This document shows positions 18,142 to 27,721 of a stretch of 64,000 bases of DNA, piece after piece. The stretch is from an uncultured Gammaproteobacteria bacterium (lineage in GTDB: Bacteria; Patescibacteriota; Microgenomatia; Daviesbacterales; UBA10151). Location of the stretch: NCBI GenBank assembly GCA_964390595.1, contig CAYMIA010000002.1:27686-91685 (forward strand), written 5' to 3'. The position numbers and the translations under genes were made by a program. Below the pieces are notes generated by a model. That model ran no database searches, had not been told where the DNA came from, and saw only the letters and a list, made by a program, of their open reading frames with translations. How positions within the stretch are numbered: the stretch's first letter is position 1; each line of letters starts with the position of its first letter.

Positions 18142-20601
18142 GTGTTCAGGATAATTAGTATCGCTGCTCTAATTATAAGCCTGGTGCTATTTCCTCCTGC
18201 AGCACTAGCATATATCTCCAATAATGCAGTGCCAGGAGACATCACGTATCCTATTAAAAGGAAACTAGAGGATATTATTTTACTTGTCTCCAACCTGACT
18301 CCTCAAACCAAAACCTATTTTGCGATCGCCCGCTCTCAGCGCCGCTTCACTGAGGCAAATAACTTAATTGACCGGGGAAAAAATGCCAAAGGTACTCTTC
18401 AAGAGTTTAATACTCAAACTGGAGATGCAGTCCGGGATGTTCAAAATCTCTTAGATTCTAAACAAAAAAAAGATTACGCTGACCGTCTCTCGTCAAATCT
18501 GGATAAATATAAATCCAGACTAACTATTCAAAGTCAAAGATTAACTACTCAAAGTCTGGCCTCAAAACCGGATAACTCTAGCGCCCAAATTGATAAATCA
18601 AAACAGGACTCATCTTCCACAGGCACCAGTGGCTCTAATAGTGGTGGCAACAGCTCTGGTGGCGGTAGTAGTGGGGGTTCGGGCGGAAGTACCGGCGGCG
18701 GCTCCTCTACTGCTGAAAGTTCGCCCACACCTTCTCCCAGTGCTTCAGCGGAACCGATTACTGAACAAACCACTCAAATCTCAGACATTGATTTTACCAT
18801 TCAGCAGATTAATAACTTTCAAAGACAACTTTGTGTCGTCAAAGGTTGGATTTGGAACGCCTCTAGCTCCACCTGCTCAGATCCCAGCCAAAATGTTGGC
18901 CGAGCTCCCTCTGCTCCTAGTAATTTAAGTGCCACAGCAGTATCAGCAAACCGCGTCAATCTATCTTGGACCGCACCAGCCGATCCGAGCGGAGTGACCG
19001 GGTACATCATTGTTAGAAATGGAGCATCTATAGATCAAGCTAGCACCACTTCATACTCAGATACAACCACTTCTGAAAAAACCCAGTATACCTATCAAGT
19101 GCAAGCTATTAATGCAGCCGGATATTTATCTGACCCAACAGCTAGCGCCTCTGTCACCACTCCATCTTGTTTCTTGGCGGGCACAGAAATTAGCACTCCC
19201 AATGGCCAAAGGGCTATTGAAACTCTCCAGGCTGGAGACCAAATCTATAGCTTGAATGAAGTTTCCAAGCAAAAGCAGATCTCAGTAATTGGTCAAGTTT
19301 TAGAAGCAGATCAGCCAGAATATTTAGTTATTAATGAAAGAATTCATGTCACACCCCATCACCCATTCTATGCAGTAAAAAATAGCTCAACTCAAATTGT
19401 CGAAGCTGGAAAGCTGCAAGTGGGGGATCATTTAATAAGTGAATCAGGTAGTCTAGAAAGAATCAACCAGATTGAAAAAATAGTCAAAACTGCTCATGTT
19501 TATAATTTAGTTAACGTCAGTCCAAATCACAACTATTTTGCCGACCAAGTGCTTGTTCACAATAAATTAACAGGTGGGCCACCCCCTCCAGCTGCATGTG
19601 CCGATCCCCCTTGTCCAACTCCAGATCCAAACGCTACGCCTCTACCAACTCCTATCCCTGTGACCTGTGTGCTTACCGGGAGTCCCTTAACCTTAGGCCC
19701 AGTTGATTTTTCGACTTACACTTTTTCTGCTCAAAACGTCCTTTTTGGGACCCAACTATTTTTCAACGGTCAGAACAATGGAGTCAGTATTGGCGATGTT
19801 AGAATCCATGACTATATTGTTGGCCAAGACTGGAAAGGTTACCTTCCCGGAATGGAGTATGGAGCCCCCGGTAGCTACACCCGTTTTGCTGTCTTAATCA
19901 ATGGCCAAGGTAAAGTTGTCTGTCAAGCTGGTACAGATAGCCTGAGCGGTCCAGGCGCGGTTACTCCTTACAGCATTACTGTCACCAATACAACCACTTC
20001 TGACCCAACTGGCAAAGTCATTGGTCCAGCGACCGGCGCCATCTCTCAAAGTTTAACTTACAAAGCGGCTGTCCACTCCAGCAAATCATTAAAAACTGCC
20101 ACCACCTGGATCGTTAAATTCGCCGATACTGGCTCCACCACCTTAGATAAATCTCAAGAATGGATCGATGATTGTAATGGTTCAGGCGGGCTCGCCTCCT
20201 CCAATAGCGTGGGCACATTCTGCTTTTTTGGCGGATATAATCCACCAGATACTCAGTTCAATCAAACCGTGGTCGATGAGAATAATGTTTTCTTTGGACC
20301 ATTTAACTGGATCCCCAAGCATGCCGGTCATTACCGGTTAGGTCTAGATGTAATCGTCGCTGATGACAGGTGTACCACCCCAACCGTGGGTACTCCTGGG
20401 GCTAAATCTTGTGGTAGTTCAGGCGGTTTGGACATCACAATCACCTCTCAAAGTGCATTAAAACAGATTCAAGACTTTATAACCGGAAAATTAACGAACC
20501 TCCTTAAAGGCTCAAAAGATAACGTAGCTGGGGTCAGCACTTATAAATCTCCCACCAATCTAAAACTAGAAGAAATGCTGCCCGTATCATCTAATCATTG
20601 A
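18142..20601 (+). CDS. Secreted/surface protein: DUF5667-like N-terminus, Gly/Ser linker, FN3, Hint (intein-like) domain, beta-rich C-terminus
   Basis: Signal/TM segment, PGDITYPIKR, APSAPSNLSA...LSW...YTYQVQA, CFLAGT...VTPHHPF...VYNL...HNYFADQVLVHN. Confidence 0.85.
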   Translation: MFRIISIAALIISLVLFPPAALAYISNNAVPGDITYPIKRKLEDIILLVSNLTPQTKTYFAIARSQRRFTEANNLIDRGKNAKGTLQEFNTQTGDAVRDVQNLLDSKQKKDYADRLSSNLDKYKSRLTIQSQRLTTQSLASKPDNSSAQIDKSKQDSSSTGTSGSNSGGNSSGGGSSGGSGGSTGGGSSTAESSPTPSPSASAEPITEQTTQISDIDFTIQQINNFQRQLCVVKGWIWNASSSTCSDPSQNVGRAPSAPSNLSATAVSANRVNLSWTAPADPSGVTGYIIVRNGASIDQASTTSYSDTTTSEKTQYTYQVQAINAAGYLSDPTASASVTTPSCFLAGTEISTPNGQRAIETLQAGDQIYSLNEVSKQKQISVIGQVLEADQPEYLVINERIHVTPHHPFYAVKNSSTQIVEAGKLQVGDHLISESGSLERINQIEKIVKTAHVYNLVNVSPNHNYFADQVLVHNKLTGGPPPPAACADPPCPTPDPNATPLPTPIPVTCVLTGSPLTLGPVDFSTYTFSAQNVLFGTQLFFNGQNNGVSIGDVRIHDYIVGQDWKGYLPGMEYGAPGSYTRFAVLINGQGKVVCQAGTDSLSGPGAVTPYSITVTNTTTSDPTGKVIGPATGAISQSLTYKAAVHSSKSLKTATTWIVKFADTGSTTLDKSQEWIDDCNGSGGLASSNSVGTFCFFGGYNPPDTQFNQTVVDENNVFFGPFNWIPKHAGHYRLGLDVIVADDRCTTPTVGTPGAKSCGSSGGLDITITSQSALKQIQDFITGKLTNLLKGSKDNVAGVSTYKSPTNLKLEEMLPVSSNH
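19168..19563 (+). other. Hint (bacterial intein-like / pretoxin-HINT-like) domain, 132 aa
   Basis: Starts at Cys (CFLAGT), block B TxxH, ends His-Asn followed by Lys. Confidence 0.88.
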
Positions 20602-20636
20602 TTTCGCCTTTCAAATCTGGTTAAATTGACACTTGT

Positions 20637-21731
20637 ATGGTTCAAAAACAAATTGTAAATCAGCCCAAATCAATAGTTGAGGTCGAGGTCCAAGCTCCTT
20701 GGGCGGATATCGCCTCCAAGTGGGATGAAACAGTTCAGAAATTGTCGGCTGATGCCGAAGTGCCAGGTTTTAGAAAAGGCGCTGCTCCAACCGAGATGGT
20801 TGAGCCTAAAATTGCCGCCCAAGTTCAACAAGAATTCTTAAAAGTGGTCATGCCTCAAGCCTTAATCGAAGCTTTGCAAGGCACTGAAATTGTCCCCATT
20901 GACTATCCTCAATATCAACTAGTCTCATTCCAAAAAGGCCAAAACTTAGTCTTCAAAGCCCGTTTGACCCAGCGGCCAACGATTAAAGTTGGGGATTATA
21001 AACAGATCAAAGTCACCAAACCAGCTGCCAAAGCTGTTTCCGACGATGACGTCAACAAAGTTATTGATGATCTATTCAAGCGCTGGAAAGCCCGCCAGGG
21101 AATGCAGCCTCCATTAGACAATTCAACCCAAGGACAAGGCGCCTCAGGCACCATGAATTTCAATGCCCCTGCAGCATCAAAAACCCCAGCACTAGCTGCC
21201 TCAGATGCTCCTGATGACACCTTTGCCAAAGCTGTTGGTGGGGAAAGCCTGGTTGATCTCAAACAAAAAATTAAGCAAGACTTAGAAGCTGAAGCTAATT
21301 TTAACACTGAACTAGATTTTGAAGAAGCCATTCTGCAACAAGTTGAAAAGATCACTGAAGTGGAAATCCCAGAGGTCCTGGTTCAAGACGAACTCAACCG
21401 GATGTTGGTTTCATTGCAACGCCGGGTCGCCGATATGGGGCTTTTGCTTGATGATTATTTAAGAAATCAAAACAAAACTCTCGATCAAATTAAAGCTGAT
21501 TGGCGGGACCAAGCTGAAAAGAACGTCCGGATGGAGTTAGGATTGTCTGAGATCGCCAGAACTGAAAACGTCAACATCTCTGATGAACAACTCCAAGCAG
21601 AGATCGACAAGATCCAAGACGCCCGGACCAAACAACAATTTGAGTCCCAAGAGCCCCGGATGCACCTACGCCATGCGCTAAGACAGACTCAAACCCTGAA
21701 TCTATTAAAAACTATCGTCGCTCCTGTCTAA
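20637..21731 (+). CDS. tig: Trigger factor lacking most of the FKBP domain
   Basis: VPGFRKGAAP ribosome-binding motif, C-terminal helical domain, low-complexity middle. Confidence 0.92.
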   Translation: MVQKQIVNQPKSIVEVEVQAPWADIASKWDETVQKLSADAEVPGFRKGAAPTEMVEPKIAAQVQQEFLKVVMPQALIEALQGTEIVPIDYPQYQLVSFQKGQNLVFKARLTQRPTIKVGDYKQIKVTKPAAKAVSDDDVNKVIDDLFKRWKARQGMQPPLDNSTQGQGASGTMNFNAPAASKTPALAASDAPDDTFAKAVGGESLVDLKQKIKQDLEAEANFNTELDFEEAILQQVEKITEVEIPEVLVQDELNRMLVSLQRRVADMGLLLDDYLRNQNKTLDQIKADWRDQAEKNVRMELGLSEIARTENVNISDEQLQAEIDKIQDARTKQQFESQEPRMHLRHALRQTQTLNLLKTIVAPV

Positions 21732-21823
21732 TACGATTTTGCCGCTTCGCTGGAAAACATCACTCAGTTTGTAGTATAATTTCCTGGTCATAAATTAATA
21801 CCAAAGGAGGTGTTTTTTAAATT

Positions 21824-22024
21824 ATGTCAATAATAGTTAGAGCCAATGGTAATGAAGGCACCGATCAAGTCATTAAAAAATTCCAAAAGCGCGTTGCGCT
21901 TGAGGGAGTAATTTTAGAGTACCGTGAACGCGAATTCCACAAAAAAGACTCAGAAAAGCGCCAAGAACGCTTAAAAGAAAAACGCCGAAAAATCATGCGC
22001 GCCAAGCGCTATGCTAACAGTTAA
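21824..22024 (+). CDS. rpsU: 30S ribosomal protein S21
   Basis: Basic 66 aa, KKFQKRV...REFH; upstream of yqeY. Confidence 0.85.
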   Translation: MSIIVRANGNEGTDQVIKKFQKRVALEGVILEYREREFHKKDSEKRQERLKEKRRKIMRAKRYANS

Positions 22025-22028
22025 TTTC

Positions 22029-22466
22029 ATGGAAGAACGGATTAAAGCAGATTTAAAACAGGCCATGCTCAAAAGGGATGAAATGAAAGTCTCAACGCTC
22101 CGCCTACTTTTGTCAGCCCTAAGATATACTAGTAATGGCCGGGACCTTGGATTTGATGATAATCAAGTCCTGACTGTCCTACAAAAAGAAGTCAAAAAAA
22201 GAAAAGAATCAGCCGAAGAATTTAGAAAAGGTCACCGGGACGATTTAGTTCAAAAAGAGGAAAGTGAAATGGCCATTTTGCAAAGTTATCTGCCTCCGCA
22301 GATCTCAGATGAGGAGTTGACTAAGCTCGTTCAAGAAGCTATAACTGAATTAGGGGCCAATTCTATTTCAGATATGGGCAGAGTCATAGGAGTGGTTATG
22401 CAAAAAGTCGGGCCTAGCGCCGATGGTTCGAGAGTTTCTAGTTTAGTCAAAGAGAAACTCTCCTAA
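22029..22466 (+). CDS. yqeY: GatB/YqeY domain protein
   Basis: DLKQAM, KKRKES, YLPPQ, DMGRVIG. Confidence 0.92.
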   Translation: MEERIKADLKQAMLKRDEMKVSTLRLLLSALRYTSNGRDLGFDDNQVLTVLQKEVKKRKESAEEFRKGHRDDLVQKEESEMAILQSYLPPQISDEELTKLVQEAITELGANSISDMGRVIGVVMQKVGPSADGSRVSSLVKEKLS

Positions 22467-22469
22467 AAT

Positions 22470-22883
22470 ATGGTAAATGTCGTTGTTACAGCTGATCCAA
22501 AATATCCAATCAATAAATTAGCCATCCAAGCTACCGTCCTGGAGATACTTCAGCATCACAAAATTGATGGGCGGGTGGAGATTGGGATTAATATTATTGG
22601 TGACAGGCGGATGCATCAAATCAACCGGCAATACCGTGGAATTGATTCCACCACTAATATTTTAACCTTTGCGCTTGAAGAGTTCTTTCCCCAAAATCTC
22701 CAACACTTCCCCAGAGTTGGCTTTGTACCCTCACCCGATCAAGTTACCAGACTCGGTGATATTCTAGTGTCTTACCCACAAGCCCTAGAAGATGCGGGCT
22801 TTGATGGTATCTCAGTTGAAGAAGAAGTCCGCCAATTAATTGAACACGGCATCAAACACCTCCTAGGTATCCACCACCAATAA
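22470..22883 (+). CDS. ybeY: rRNA maturation RNase YbeY
   Basis: NRQYRG, TNILTF, LGDI, HGIKHLLGIHH. Confidence 0.92.
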   Translation: MVNVVVTADPKYPINKLAIQATVLEILQHHKIDGRVEIGINIIGDRRMHQINRQYRGIDSTTNILTFALEEFFPQNLQHFPRVGFVPSPDQVTRLGDILVSYPQALEDAGFDGISVEEEVRQLIEHGIKHLLGIHHQ

Positions 22884-22891
22884 TCTTCATT

Positions 22892-23164
22892 CTATTTAAA
22901 ATTTGTTTTTGCGAAATTTTGAAAAAGAGTACTATACATTAGTGCATCCTCTGCAACTCGATCACCTTTAGCTCTAAGAGTCGCCTGAGTTCTTTGCAGA
23001 AGGTTCTTGGCATATCCACCTAGTTCCTGATGTTCCAGTTCCTCACCTCTCTTTAGCGCCTCCTCTTTAAACCGCTCAGCCATCTTAATTGAGCCTCTTT
23101 GCAGCCCCAATGCAACTCTTCTAAGGTCCATAGCTAGCGACTCAATTATTATTCTTTGGTTCAT
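22892..23164 (-). CDS. Hypothetical helical protein
   Basis: 90 aa; start overlaps the stop of the upstream ORF (ATGA). Confidence 0.75.
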   Translation of the reverse strand: MNQRIIIESLAMDLRRVALGLQRGSIKMAERFKEEALKRGEELEHQELGGYAKNLLQRTQATLRAKGDRVAEDALMYSTLFQNFAKTNFK

Positions 23165-23499
23165 AGAATTTCTTGAAAAAAGAATTTGGTTAATTCCTCA
23201 TATTCCTTTCTAAGTTTTGGATCTTGAATCTCATTACTACTATTGTTATCGCTTGGTCTGATATTAATAAAAGAGTTAAAATCTATAGTTTTTGTCTCTA
23301 AATCAATTCCACCACCCCAAATATCCGATTGCTTTGATCCTTGCTTTAATAATATTTCTTCAGACTCAAAATGTCTATCAGCTCCCGCCGAACAAATCCT
23401 TTTCTCGATATCTATAACCGTTTTGATATAGACCTCAAAATTCTCACTAACTTTTTTAATCTCCCCCTTACTAAATGGTTCATCTTTAGTAATAATCAC
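23161..23499 (-). CDS. DUF5674-like protein
   Basis: IKTVIDI, H..E..LL..GSKQSDIWG, SFINIRP..N. Confidence 0.75.
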   Translation of the reverse strand: MIITKDEPFSKGEIKKVSENFEVYIKTVIDIEKRICSAGADRHFESEEILLKQGSKQSDIWGGGIDLETKTIDFNSFINIRPSDNNSSNEIQDPKLRKEYEELTKFFFQEIL

Positions 23500-23643
23500 A
23501 ATGGTATTCTAGCATACTCAATATCGCCCATAATTTATCCTCTAGTTAAATCGCCATATTGTAGCCTCTTTAGGATTTTGTTACAGTACTCTCATGCAAT
23601 CTTTAACTATATTCTTTACTCTGTACACTACACACTAACTTAT

Positions 23644-25197
23644 ATGGAAACACAGGTCTTTTATCGGAAATACCGCCCCCAAACTTTAGATGACTTAGTT
23701 GGCCAACCCCAGGTAAAGCAGGTCTTATCTCAAGCCTTTAGCTCGGGTAAACTATCCCATGCTTATCTTTTTACAGGACCTAGAGGTTGTGGCAAGACTT
23801 CGACTGCGCGCATTTTGGCTAAAATGGTTAATTGCGAAGCTGACAAAGATCAGCCCTGCAACAAATGTTCAACCTGTCTTTCTATTACCGATGGCTCAAA
23901 TTTAGATTTAATTGAAATTGATGCGGCCAGCAATCGTGGCATCGATGATATTAGAGAGCTGCGTGACCGGATCAAACTCTCTCCCAGTTCTTCAAAAAAG
24001 AAAGTTTATATTATCGATGAGGTGCATATGTTAACGACCGAGGCTTTCAACGCTTTGCTAAAAACTTTAGAGGAGCCCCCAGCCCATGTTTTATTTATTT
24101 TAGCTACCACTGAAGTGCACAAAATCCCAGCCACCATTCTGTCCCGGGTCCAAAGACTTGATTTTAAAGAAGCAGCCACTTCGGACCTAGTCGGGAAGCT
24201 TCAAAAAGTCGCTGAAGCGGAAAAAATTAAAATCGAGGATGATGCCCTCCACTTAATTGCTCAAAAAGCTGAAGGAAGTTTTAGAGATGGTGATAAAATT
24301 TTAGATCAGCTCGCCTCCTTGGGCGTAAGCATCACGCCTGAGTTAGTTGAACAAACGATCAGAAGTAGTAACTTCCAGACTATCAGCGGGCTGCTAAAAT
24401 TTATTGGCAAATATGACGCCAAGTCGGCTTTAAAATTAACTCTCTCTCAAACCCAAGCTGGCGTCAGCAGCAAAGAGTTTATTATGGAGACATTAGATAC
24501 TTTGCGCAGTCTGCTTTTTATTAAGCACCAAGCTGAGGATCTGGTTAAAGCCTCGCAGGGAGAAGCCAAGTTGGCTATTTTAAAAGAACTAGAAAAAGAG
24601 TTCTCCTCAGATCAGTTAATCTCAGTAATGGACCACTTTTTAAAAGCCTTAGAAAAGATGAAGTTCTCTTCAATCCCCACGCTACCCCTGGAGATAGCAG
24701 TAGTTCAATCAGCCGAGCCCAAAACCATCTTTATTAGTGCCGAAGCACCTTCTTTGCCAGAACCTATCTCGCCGCCCCCAACCGCTCCAGTTGCCCGCTT
24801 AGTGGATGACACTCCAATTACAGTCAGTGTTGCCACCAATCCGACTGAAGATATGAAAATTCTCAAAGATAAATGGGCCTATATTTTAGAGACTATCAAA
24901 CCATATAACTATTCACTAGAAGCACTTCTTCGCTCAGCCAAGCTGGCTGAATGCAGTGATGGGGCTGTTCTTTTAGAAGTTCCTTATTCATTTCACCAAA
25001 GAATTGTCGAAACCCCCAGAAATAGAGAAGTTCTTGAGTCAGTTTTAGCGGATGTTTTGGGAAAAGAAGTCAAAGTCAGTTGTAAAATTGGTCAAAGGCC
25101 GATCCGGATCGATGATATCGCCAATGTCGATATCGCCGCCGATGATGAAATAATTAAAATCGCCGCAGAAATTTTCAGCTCAGATACTGTTAGCTAG
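23644..25197 (+). CDS. dnaX: DNA polymerase III subunit gamma/tau
   Basis: YRKYRPQT, GPRGCGKTS, EIDAASNRG, IDEVHML; true start at ATG 23644. Confidence 0.97.
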   Translation: METQVFYRKYRPQTLDDLVGQPQVKQVLSQAFSSGKLSHAYLFTGPRGCGKTSTARILAKMVNCEADKDQPCNKCSTCLSITDGSNLDLIEIDAASNRGIDDIRELRDRIKLSPSSSKKKVYIIDEVHMLTTEAFNALLKTLEEPPAHVLFILATTEVHKIPATILSRVQRLDFKEAATSDLVGKLQKVAEAEKIKIEDDALHLIAQKAEGSFRDGDKILDQLASLGVSITPELVEQTIRSSNFQTISGLLKFIGKYDAKSALKLTLSQTQAGVSSKEFIMETLDTLRSLLFIKHQAEDLVKASQGEAKLAILKELEKEFSSDQLISVMDHFLKALEKMKFSSIPTLPLEIAVVQSAEPKTIFISAEAPSLPEPISPPPTAPVARLVDDTPITVSVATNPTEDMKILKDKWAYILETIKPYNYSLEALLRSAKLAECSDGAVLLEVPYSFHQRIVETPRNREVLESVLADVLGKEVKVSCKIGQRPIRIDDIANVDIAADDEIIKIAAEIFSSDTVS

Positions 25198-25403
25198 CGA
25201 ACGATCCTTAAATGTGGCCTATTTATAGCTGCCGGTCTTCGGCTAGCTTCTCTTAATAATCTATTCAGTTCTGCTTGATCTTCTGGAACTGCCATCATCC
25301 TTTCAATATACTGCCAACTTTCCCACTTAATGGGATCCACAGTCCGTTCAATTGGAAACCTCACAACTTTGCTACTAGTCTCTGTCTCAATATTTTTTAC
25401 CAC
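25194..25403 (-). CDS. Small hypothetical protein
   Basis: 69-aa ORF. Confidence 0.45.
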   Translation of the reverse strand: MVKNIETETSSKVVRFPIERTVDPIKWESWQYIERMMAVPEDQAELNRLLREASRRPAAINRPHLRIVR

Positions 25404-25501
25404 AAAGACTGATTCTACACACCTTATAGTAAATTGTCAAACAAGCTTAAACAAATCTTCTGAAGAAGGGCACTTTGGAAATAGCTCTTCTAGCACCGAT
25501 C

Positions 25502-25687
25502 TTACGGCTGCCTCCTCCAAGAGTCAATAATTGACTGCAAGATTCTATCCCTCTGTTCAGGGGTTGGATCAGGAATGGTAAGCGTTTTCCGAATCTGATC
25601 TACGTACAAAAAGTCTCTTATTTCATCAAGTAGCCCCAGCTCTTTTGGCCTCTTAGAACGACCTTCTCTTCTTTCACTCATGCTCAC
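25502..25687 (-). CDS. Small hypothetical protein
   Basis: 61-aa ORF. Confidence 0.45.
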   Translation of the reverse strand: MSMSERREGRSKRPKELGLLDEIRDFLYVDQIRKTLTIPDPTPEQRDRILQSIIDSWRRQP

Positions 25688-25739
25688 ATTATACCACTCC
25701 TTGACAAATGAATTCCGAATTTGTTATTACACAGCAAAT

Positions 25740-26345
25740 ATGGGTAAGGAGCAAAAACTAGATGATTCAGCCAAAAGATGGGGTGACCCCACCCTAATTA
25801 AGCTCGATCGCTGGTTGATTACTCATGGGATTCCTGATGTTGAAGCAGTTGGTGCTGTTGAAGACATTTGGGCCTTTTATTCTTACGATGTTTTACCAAC
25901 CGCTGGTCGTGGACTGAGGTTGGGAATGGTTGGATTTGTAGAATTTGAAACTCCAGACCGAACGGTCTTCCTCGATCTACTTTGGCCGTCTGAATCTTTC
26001 CCATTAGCTCAGATGAAGCAATTATCTAAAGCTTTTGATGAGCGAGCCAAAGAATCGGAAGTTAAATTCCATCTAGGCCATATGAGATCTACTGAATTAT
26101 GGGGAGGTAGCTTGGCTCAACACTTAAGAACTATCTACTGTGGCCCGGGCATGGAATATATAGGTATATACAGAGATAATTTAAAAGCTGAACTAAGACT
26201 TCTACTAGGAGACAAATATGAGTCTTGGATGAACACTCCCAACACCCGCTTTGTAGGAAGAAAGCCTAAAAGCTTGCTTTATACTCCAGACGATGTACTG
26301 CTCAGAGACTTTATCTCAGAGGTTTCGCACGGTAGTCACTCCTAA
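25740..26345 (+). CDS. Hypothetical protein
   Basis: ATG 25740 downstream of a TTGACA element. Confidence 0.65.
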   Translation: MGKEQKLDDSAKRWGDPTLIKLDRWLITHGIPDVEAVGAVEDIWAFYSYDVLPTAGRGLRLGMVGFVEFETPDRTVFLDLLWPSESFPLAQMKQLSKAFDERAKESEVKFHLGHMRSTELWGGSLAQHLRTIYCGPGMEYIGIYRDNLKAELRLLLGDKYESWMNTPNTRFVGRKPKSLLYTPDDVLLRDFISEVSHGSHS

Positions 26346-26383
26346 AAACCCATTTCAGGCTAATTTCTGATATACTTTGCTAC

Positions 26384-27670
26384 ATGATCAAAATTTTTGA
26401 TTTAATTGAAAAGGAAAAACAGCGCCAGATTACTGGGTTGGAGATGATTCCATCTGAAAATTATGTCTCTGAAAATGTTTTAAAGGCCCTTGGTTCAATT
26501 TTAACCAATAAATATTCTGAGGGCTTTCCAGGCAGAAGATATTATGGTGGCAATGAATTTATTGATCAAATTGAAAGTTACACCCAAGATCTAGCCAATC
26601 AGGTTTTCAAAACCAAATACGCAATTGTTCAACCTTACTCTGGTTCCCCAGCTAACCTAGCAGTTGATCTAGCCCTTATGAATCCAGGTGATACAGTCAT
26701 GGGCCTGGCCTTACCTTCTGGAGGACACTTAACTCATGGTGCGCCCGTCTCTTATACCGGCAAAATCTTTAACTCAGTTCAATATGGGCTAGGGGAAGAT
26801 GGCAAAATTGATTTAGAGCAAGTCAGAAAATTAGCCCTCGAACATCAGCCCAAAGTGATTTGGATTGGTTTAACGGCTTACCCTTTCAACCTACCTTTTA
26901 GAGAATTTGCTGAAATTGCTGCTGAAGTTGGAGCCTATCTAGTGGCCGATATTGCCCATACCTCTGGGTTAATTGCAGCAGGGGAGCTAGAATCCCCCGA
27001 GCCATATGTTGATATTATTACCACAACCACCCACAAAACTTTAAGAGGTCCCAGAGGAGCGATGATTTTAATCACTGAAAAGGGTTTGAAAAAAGATCCA
27101 GAATTGCCCACCAAACTGGAAAAATCAGTCTTTCCTGGCCTGCAAGGTGGCCCACATAATCATCAAACCGCGGCCATTGCCATCGCACTTGAAGAAACAA
27201 TGCAGCCAGATTTTAAAGAATATGCTAAGCAAACACTCAAAAATGCTCAAGTTCTAGCAACCGAATTGGACACCAAAACTGAGAATCATCTACTGCTTTT
27301 GGATCTGTCTGAATTTGGCTTTGGATTGGGTTATCAGGCAGAAGTAGCACTCGAAGTTGCTGGCATCACAGTCAACAAAAACACAGTTCCTGAAGAAAAA
27401 GCTTCACCATTTTATCCATCAGGCATTCGCTTGGGTACCCCTGCGCTAACTTCCAGAGGGATGAAAGAAGCAGAGATGAAAAAAATCGCCAGCTGGATCA
27501 AACAAATTTTGGCCGAAGTTAAAGGTCATGATCTGCCAGCTAAGCAAACTGAGCGCAAAGATTTTATCAAAGAGTTCAAACAATGGGCCCGGAAAAATCA
27601 CCAACTTCTTTCAATTAAAGAGCAAATTTCTGAGTTCGCTTCAAAGTATCCAGTCCCAGGCGTTCTCTGA
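26384..27670 (+). CDS. glyA: Serine hydroxymethyltransferase
   Basis: PSENY, NKYSEG, GGHLTHG, TTTHKTLRGPRG, SGIRLGT. Confidence 0.98.
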   Translation: MIKIFDLIEKEKQRQITGLEMIPSENYVSENVLKALGSILTNKYSEGFPGRRYYGGNEFIDQIESYTQDLANQVFKTKYAIVQPYSGSPANLAVDLALMNPGDTVMGLALPSGGHLTHGAPVSYTGKIFNSVQYGLGEDGKIDLEQVRKLALEHQPKVIWIGLTAYPFNLPFREFAEIAAEVGAYLVADIAHTSGLIAAGELESPEPYVDIITTTTHKTLRGPRGAMILITEKGLKKDPELPTKLEKSVFPGLQGGPHNHQTAAIAIALEETMQPDFKEYAKQTLKNAQVLATELDTKTENHLLLLDLSEFGFGLGYQAEVALEVAGITVNKNTVPEEKASPFYPSGIRLGTPALTSRGMKEAEMKKIASWIKQILAEVKGHDLPAKQTERKDFIKEFKQWARKNHQLLSIKEQISEFASKYPVPGVL

Positions 27671-27721
27671 GTTGCTTTTAAGCTCAAATAGGCGTAAAAT
27701 AGATAGATCTGCTCTTAAAAT

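Noticed and set aside
18620-18745. GC-rich low-complexity stretch
   Set aside because: Explained by Gly/Ser linker codons in the surface protein.
19168-19563. Canonical splicing intein
   Set aside because: The +1 residue is Lys, there is no homing endonuclease, and the host is a secreted protein; it fits a BIL/pretoxin Hint better.
23371-23643. N-terminal 91-aa extension of DnaX in the ORF track
   Set aside because: It overlaps the antisense DUF5674-like gene; the conserved DnaX start (METQVFYRKYRP) is at 23644.
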